DNA of 32,000 nt. Source: Desulfobulbus propionicus DSM 2032 (GTDB taxonomy: Bacteria > Desulfobacterota > Desulfobulbia > Desulfobulbales > Desulfobulbaceae). Shown here in pieces: positions 26,999-32,000 of the stretch. Position numbers and translations under genes: made by a program. The stretch spans positions 1,620,001 to 1,652,000 of the forward strand of contig NC_014972.1 in assembly GCF_000186885.1 (NCBI RefSeq), read 5' to 3'. Below the pieces are notes generated by a model that worked only from the letters and a program-made list of their open reading frames with translations, ran no database searches and was not told the DNA's origin. The stretch's first letter is position 1. Each line of letters begins with the position of its first letter.

Positions 26999-28880
26999 CC
27001 CGACCGTACTCATCCCCGAGGGCTTGGCCAGGGCGACACTGCTCCAGGGTGGAGCTGCCCTGGCGAACACCCAGGTGGTGGCGATCAGTGACAGCGATCC
27101 CGACCATCCCCAAAGCCTGACCAGCGATGCCAGCGGCGTGGCCGAATTGCGTTTGCCGGCCGGCTCCTACACCTTCAAGGCTACCCTGGGTGAAACCGTG
27201 TACCAGGGCATCGGCACGGTGCTCGCCGACCAGACCACCAACGTCACCCTCAATCTGGGGACAAGTACCCTGTCTATCACTGTGCGCAAGAATGAGACCA
27301 CCGTCCTGCCTGGCGTTGTCTGCTCTCTCTATACGGCCGAAGGCGAACCGCTTGACCGCAGCGCCACCACCGATGGTTCCGGCGTGGCCTCCTTTGCGGT
27401 GGAGGCTGGGACCTATCGGGTCCAAGCCCGGTATCTGGGCTATGACTTCACCAGCGAGGTGATTGAAACACCGGCGGTTCTCGCCGCCAGCCTCACCATC
27501 CCCTATCGCGACCTGGCCGTTCGCGTGCTCAAGGATCAGGGGCAAGGCACGGAACCGGTCTCCGGGCTGCGCTGTTATCTCTACTCCCTGGGGGAAGGCG
27601 AGGGGCTGAACGCCACCGGGCTCCATGCCGACAGCGACGATCAGGGCATGGTCCATTTTGTGGTGCCCGAGGAGCGGGCCTATTACGCCGTGGCCACCCT
27701 GCTCGGCCGCGAGTTCATCAGCGTGGAAAGCGAGGGCCAGGCCACCCTGACCATCGAGCTGGGCACGATGACGGTTACCGTGCGTGACGACAGTGCGGTC
27801 ACCGAGGCCAATCCCGATGGTTTGGTGCAGGGGGCGGTGGTGGAGCTCTACACCAGTGAAGGGACGGCTCTGGGCCAGGAACTGAGCACCGGGGCCGACG
27901 GCCAGGTCTGCTTCACCCTGCCCGAGGGCAGCTACAAGCTGCGCGTCGGCTATAACGATCAGCAGTTCTGGAGCGGGGTGATCAATACCTATCCCCTGGG
28001 CAACACGCCGGTGGAAATGGTCAATGGCTCCGGCGGTATACTGAGCAGGCTGCACGATCCCCATCCCTCCCTCTGGCACGGAACACCACCGGAATACCGG
28101 CCACTATTGGCCCTGACCTTGGGATCACTGGCCGGGATGCTGACCACCACGTCAACGCCCGTTGCCGCCACGCCCCAGGTGGTCTATTACCTCAACGATC
28201 ATCTGGGCACGGCGCAACTGCTCGTCGACGCCACAGGAATAGTCATCTGGCAGGGTGACGCCCAGCCCTTTGGCCAGGTGACTGAGGTGATCAACCAGAT
28301 CGATCACCGATTCCGCTTCCCCGGCCAGATGGTTGATCCTGAAAGCGGGTTGCATTACAACTGGAACAGGTTTTATGATCCTGCCACTGGGAGGTACCTA
28401 TCACCTGATCCGATTGGGCTGGATGGGGGGACGAATTTGTATGGGTATGTCGGAGGGGATCCGGTGAACTCGATTGATCCGCTTGGATTATTTAATCCCA
28501 CCAAAGGAATTGCTTCACTTGGCAATGCAGCAAACGCTGGTCGGCTGTACGCTGGAGGTGTTTTGAAACTTGGCGCAGCAGCTGGTTTGACAAGCACTGG
28601 GTTAGGGGCACCTGCTGGAACTGGAGTCGCAGCGCTTGGTACATGGAACTTGTGGTCTGCACAATCTGCCTGGAATCGCTCGTTACAACAATGGAATGAG
28701 GCTTGGAATGAAAGTTGGGACGACGCAACGTGGAAAAATCTTCTGGGTATATTGCCCTTTGGTACCGAGTTTGATGACCCTTGTGAGCCTTCGGCATGGG
28801 ATGTCCTGAAAGCTAAAGCAAAGAATTTCAAGGATAAACCTGACGAAATAATCAGAGAAATAGGAACTTGGGGATTCTAA
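26999..28880 (+). pseudogene. displaced RHS 3' cassette 2: 5'-truncated copy of RHS ORF with a different C-terminal tip
   Basis: 27005 onward aligns with 24551 onward (offset 2454): PTVLIPEGLARATLLQGGAALANTQVVAISDSDPDHPQSL...; RHS core YYLNDHLGTAQLLVD...RYLSPDPIGLDGGTNLYGYVGGDPVNSIDPLGL; then a new tip FNPTKGIASLGNAANAGRLYAGG... No signal peptide, no YD-repeat region; open reading frame retained. Confidence 0.85.
28488..28880 (+). other. variable C-terminal domain 2 (unknown activity)
   Basis: FNPTKGIASLGNAANAGRLYAGGVLKLGAAAGLTSTGLGAPAGTGVAALGTWNLWSAQSAWNRSLQQWNEAWNESWDDATWKNLLGILPFGTEFDDPCEPSAWDVLKAKAKNFKDKPDEIIREIGTWGF after the IDPLGL junction; no motif recognised. Confidence 0.6.
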
Positions 28881-29042
28881 ATGTCAACCTTTACATTTAT
28901 TACAATTGCTCTCTCTGTAGTTTTTATGATTTACTGCACAGTACTTTATGTTCGGGATCTTAAGGTCGGAAAAGACTCATTTATCAAGAAAACAGGACGG
29001 TGGCTTAAAAACGTAATCGATGTTTTTTTTGGTGCTGGATAG
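28881..29042 (+). CDS. small (53 aa) single-TM protein, candidate immunity for cassette 2
   Basis: ATG immediately follows the TAA of cassette 2: MSTFTFITIALSVVFMIYCTVLYVRDLKVGKDSFIKKTGRWLKNVIDVFFGAG*. Below the ORF-track length cutoff. Confidence 0.5.
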   Translation: MSTFTFITIALSVVFMIYCTVLYVRDLKVGKDSFIKKTGRWLKNVIDVFFGAG

Positions 29043-29083
29043 CCCTTACATAGGGCCGCCGTTTCAGCCAGATATGTTGCATC

Positions 29084-30979
29084 GCCGCCCTGCCCAACAC
29101 CCAGGTCATGGCGATCAGCGACATCGATCCCGACCATCCCCAAAGCCTGACCACCGACGCTGGCGGCGTGGCCGAATTCCGGTTGCCGGCCGGCTCCTAC
29201 ACCTTCAAGGCCACCCTGGGTGAAACCGTGTACCAGGGCATCGGCACGGTGCTCGCCGACCAGACCACCAACGTCACCCTCAACCTGGGGGCCAGCACCC
29301 TGGCGATCACCGTGCGCACGGACGAAACCACCGTCCTGCCCGGTGTGGTCTGCTCCCTCTATACAGCCGAAGGCGAGCCGCTTAACCGCAGCGCCACCAC
29401 CGATGGTTCCGGCGTGGCCTCCTTTGCGGTGGAGGCTGGGACCTATATGGTCCAAGCCCGGTATCTGGGCTATGACTTCACTCTCGAAGCGATCGAAACA
29501 CCAACGGTTCTCGCCGCCAGCCTCACCATCCCCCATCGCGACCTGGCCGTCCGCGTGTTCAAGGATCAGGGGAACGGCGCGGAACCGGTCTCCGGGCTGC
29601 GCTGTTATCTCTACTCTCTGGGCGAAGGCGAGGGGCTGAACGCCACCGGGCTCCATGCCGACAGTGACGATCAAAGCATGGTTCATTTTGTGGTACCCGA
29701 GGAACGGGCCTATTACACCGTGGCCACCCTGCTCGGCCGCGAGTTCATCAGCGTGGAAAGCGAGGGCCAGGCCACCCTGACCATCGAGCTGGGCACCATG
29801 ACCGTCACCGTGCGCGACGATAGCCAAATCACCGAGGCCAATCCCGATGGTTTGGTACAGGGGGCAGTGGTGACGCTCTACACCAATGAAGGGACAACCC
29901 TGGGCCCGGAACTGAGCACCGGGGCCGACGGCCAGGCCTGCTTCACCCTGCCCGAGGGCAGCTACAAGCTGCGCGTCGGTTATAACGATCAGCAGTTCTG
30001 GAGCGGGGTGATCAATACCTACGCCCTGGGCAACACGCCGGTGGAAATGGTCAATGGCTCCGGCGGCCTGCTCAGCCGGCTGCACGATCCCCATCCCTCC
30101 CGCTGGCACGGGACGCCACCGCAATACCGGCCACTATTGGCCCTGGCCTCGGAGTCGCTGGCCGGGATGCTGACCACCACGTCAACCCCGGTTACCGCCA
30201 CGCCCCAGGTGGTCTATTATCTCAACGATCACTTGGGCACAGCGCAACTGCTCGTCGACGCCGCAGGGACCGTGATCTGGCAGGGCGACACCCAGCCCTT
30301 TGGCCAGGTGACCGAGGTGATCAACCAGATCGATCACCGATTCCGCTTCCCCGGCCAGATGGTTGATCCTGAGAGCGGGTTGTATTACAACTGGCACAGG
30401 TTTTATGATCCTTCCACGGGGAGGTACCTATCCGCTGACCTGATTGGGTTGAATGGGGGGATTAATCTCTTTGCTTATGTTGGTGGCGATCCGGTGAATT
30501 TGATCGATTTAGAGGGACTTGCTGGTTGCAAGGTACTGTTTCCCAACATGCCTATTGATACAGGTATGGGTTTTACATCAACAAGTCTTGGAGGTCACGG
30601 AGGAATTCTTACCTATGATACCAATGGTACAACTAAGTATTACGAGTATGGGCGTTATCCAGCGAGCCAAGCTGTTGGATCAGGCTTGCCTTCAGATGAA
30701 GGCAATGTTCGTCGACTTAGCGTACCCAACCTACAGCTAGATAAAAACGGTCAACCAACCCCTGAGTCACTGGCGGCATTGAAAGAGTTTCTTGAGAAAA
30801 AAGCTGGGAAGGATACAGATTCTGAGTTGACTTGTGACGCTAATGCTGATGAGAAAAAAATTCTTGATTATATTGATAAAATTTCCAAAGATCCGAAGCG
30901 ACCTAAATATAAATGGAATCCATGGAACAGTAATCATTGTCGCGATTTTGCTACACGGGCATATAATTCAGGGCGATAA
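29084..30979 (+). pseudogene. displaced RHS 3' cassette 3: 5'-truncated RHS copy with a third C-terminal tip
   Basis: 29096 aligns with 24612 (offset 4484); translation AISDIDPDHPQSLTTDAGGVAEFRLPAGSYTFKATLGE...; RHS core ...RYLSADLIGLNGGINLFAYVGGDPVNLIDLEGL; then unique sequence. In-frame ATG at 29108 lacks signal peptide and RHS repeats. Confidence 0.85.
30520..30979 (+). other. variable C-terminal domain 3: possible permuted papain-like (NlpC/P60-like) hydrolase
   Basis: STSLGGHGGILTYDTNGTTKYYEYGRY ... GNVRRLSVPNLQLDKNGQPTPESLAALKEFLEKK ... KYKWNPWNSNHCRDFATRAYNSGR: conserved-looking His before Cys order. Confidence 0.45.
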
Positions 30980-30981
30980 AC

Positions 30982-31323
30982 ATGAAGAAATTGACGCTGT
31001 TTCTTTTGCTTTCTCTATCTGTTAGTATAATTTGCTGTGCTTTTTTTGCCTATTTTTGGATAGATAGGTCTATCTCTCTTGACTATCTCCAACAATCTTA
31101 TGAAACTGAGCGAAGTTCTGTAGCAAATTTACAAAAATTAATTGCTTCGGAATGGAAGGGTTTACCTGAAGGGCAAGTACAAAAAAAACTAGAGCAAGTA
31201 GCAGCTAAATCGCCAGAACGTCGCATTGTTGTAAAAAAAGAGGGTTCGATCATTTGGTTCGATCAGGTTCCTTTCAATATCGAGCAAGGAAGACTCGATA
31301 GCGTGGGGCCAAGTACTCGTTAA
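30982..31323 (+). CDS. membrane-anchored small protein, candidate immunity for cassette 3
   Basis: Starts 3 nt after the cassette 3 stop; N-terminal TM MKKLTLFLLLSLSVSIICCAFFAYFWIDRSISLDYLQQSYETERSS, then a soluble ~80-aa domain. Confidence 0.65.
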   Translation: MKKLTLFLLLSLSVSIICCAFFAYFWIDRSISLDYLQQSYETERSSVANLQKLIASEWKGLPEGQVQKKLEQVAAKSPERRIVVKKEGSIIWFDQVPFNIEQGRLDSVGPSTR

Positions 31324-31654
31324 CCTGTTATTTAGAGGAGTTCAGGGTAAACCCGATAAGGCGGGCACAGCCCCACCGTGGCCGCCGTTACTCATCTTTC
31401 CCCCCTCGCGCGGCGACAAGCCACGGGCAATATTCTCAATCGCCATTCCCCAGGCGTGTAGGTATAGGGGGAGATCTTGAACCTTGAATCGTTCCAGAGA
31501 GTCTTCTCTGCATGACCCAACCACTCCGCATAGAACCGCCTGACGTCGCAGACCTTGCCCAAAGCAAGATAACGTCTATACGGTGTGTTGCAACGTACGC
31601 AACAAGCAGGCCGGGCTTGTCGATGCCGCACGATAAGGGGACACATTTATTTCC

Positions 31655-32000
31655 TCGGCCTCCGGCTCCTACCTCAATCAGTCGGTCACCACCTCCAGCA
31701 CCGGCGAGGCGGCGTACAACCTGGCCGATGGCAGTTACCGGGTCACGGCCAACTATCCGGGGTATGAATACAGCACCGATCCGTTCACCGTCCCCCTGGT
31801 CGCCTCCCAGGCCCTGGCTATTCCCCACCTGGCCCACACGGTCTCGGTGGTCCGGAGCTACCAGAACAACCGCGTGGCCTTGGCCAACATCGAGGCCACG
31901 CTGTGCACTGTGGACGGTACCCCCCTGGCGCTCACCGCCGCCACCGGAGCCGACGTCACCCTGCAATGGAGTCTTCCGGCACAGGCCTATGCGGTTCAGG
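31655..32000 (+). pseudogene. start of displaced RHS 3' cassette 4 (runs off the window)
   Basis: 31655-32000 aligns colinearly with 24150-24495 (offset 7505): SASGSYLNQSVTTSSTGEAAYNLADGSYRVTANYPGYEYSTDPFTVPLVASQALAIPHLAHTVSVVRSYQNNRVALANIEATLCTVDG. Confidence 0.88.

Noticed and set aside
31392-31646. 84-aa minus-strand ORF and overlapping 31342-31524
   Set aside because: No convincing start context or domain; more likely non-coding spacer or decayed repeat.

Overview
The window has two parts. (1) 1-9,755 is an ordinary chromosomal backbone. It holds a 5'-complete HDOD-GGDEF gene running off the left edge (minus strand), tRNA-Val(GAC), thrS, infC (with an apparent ATT start), rpmI, rplT, pheS, pheT, ihfA, a MerR-family gene, tRNA-Pro(GGG) and a strong rho-independent terminator. 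(2) 9,853-32,000 is accessory DNA. It starts with a tyrosine recombinase just downstream of tRNA-Pro. A decayed nest of two IS4-type elements follows, in which inverting ~985 bp restores a single IS interrupted by a second IS with a 6-bp TCAAAT target duplication. Next come IS, integrase and hemerythrin remnants. The right half looks like a polymorphic-toxin locus: a predicted secreted protein, a secreted protein with exact-period 318-bp tandem repeats, and a ~2,260-aa secreted RHS/YD-repeat protein. That RHS protein has ~11 Ig/CnaB-like repeats (~950 aa) inserted inside the RHS core. It ends in a Tlde1/L,D-transpeptidase-like C-terminal domain, followed by an overlapping Sel1-repeat membrane protein (candidate immunity). 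Downstream are at least three 5'-truncated copies of the RHS 3' region. Two carry unrelated C-terminal tips, each followed immediately by a small membrane protein; the third runs off the right edge. This is consistent with a reservoir of displaced toxin-immunity cassettes. Family names come from motif recognition by eye; no database search was run.
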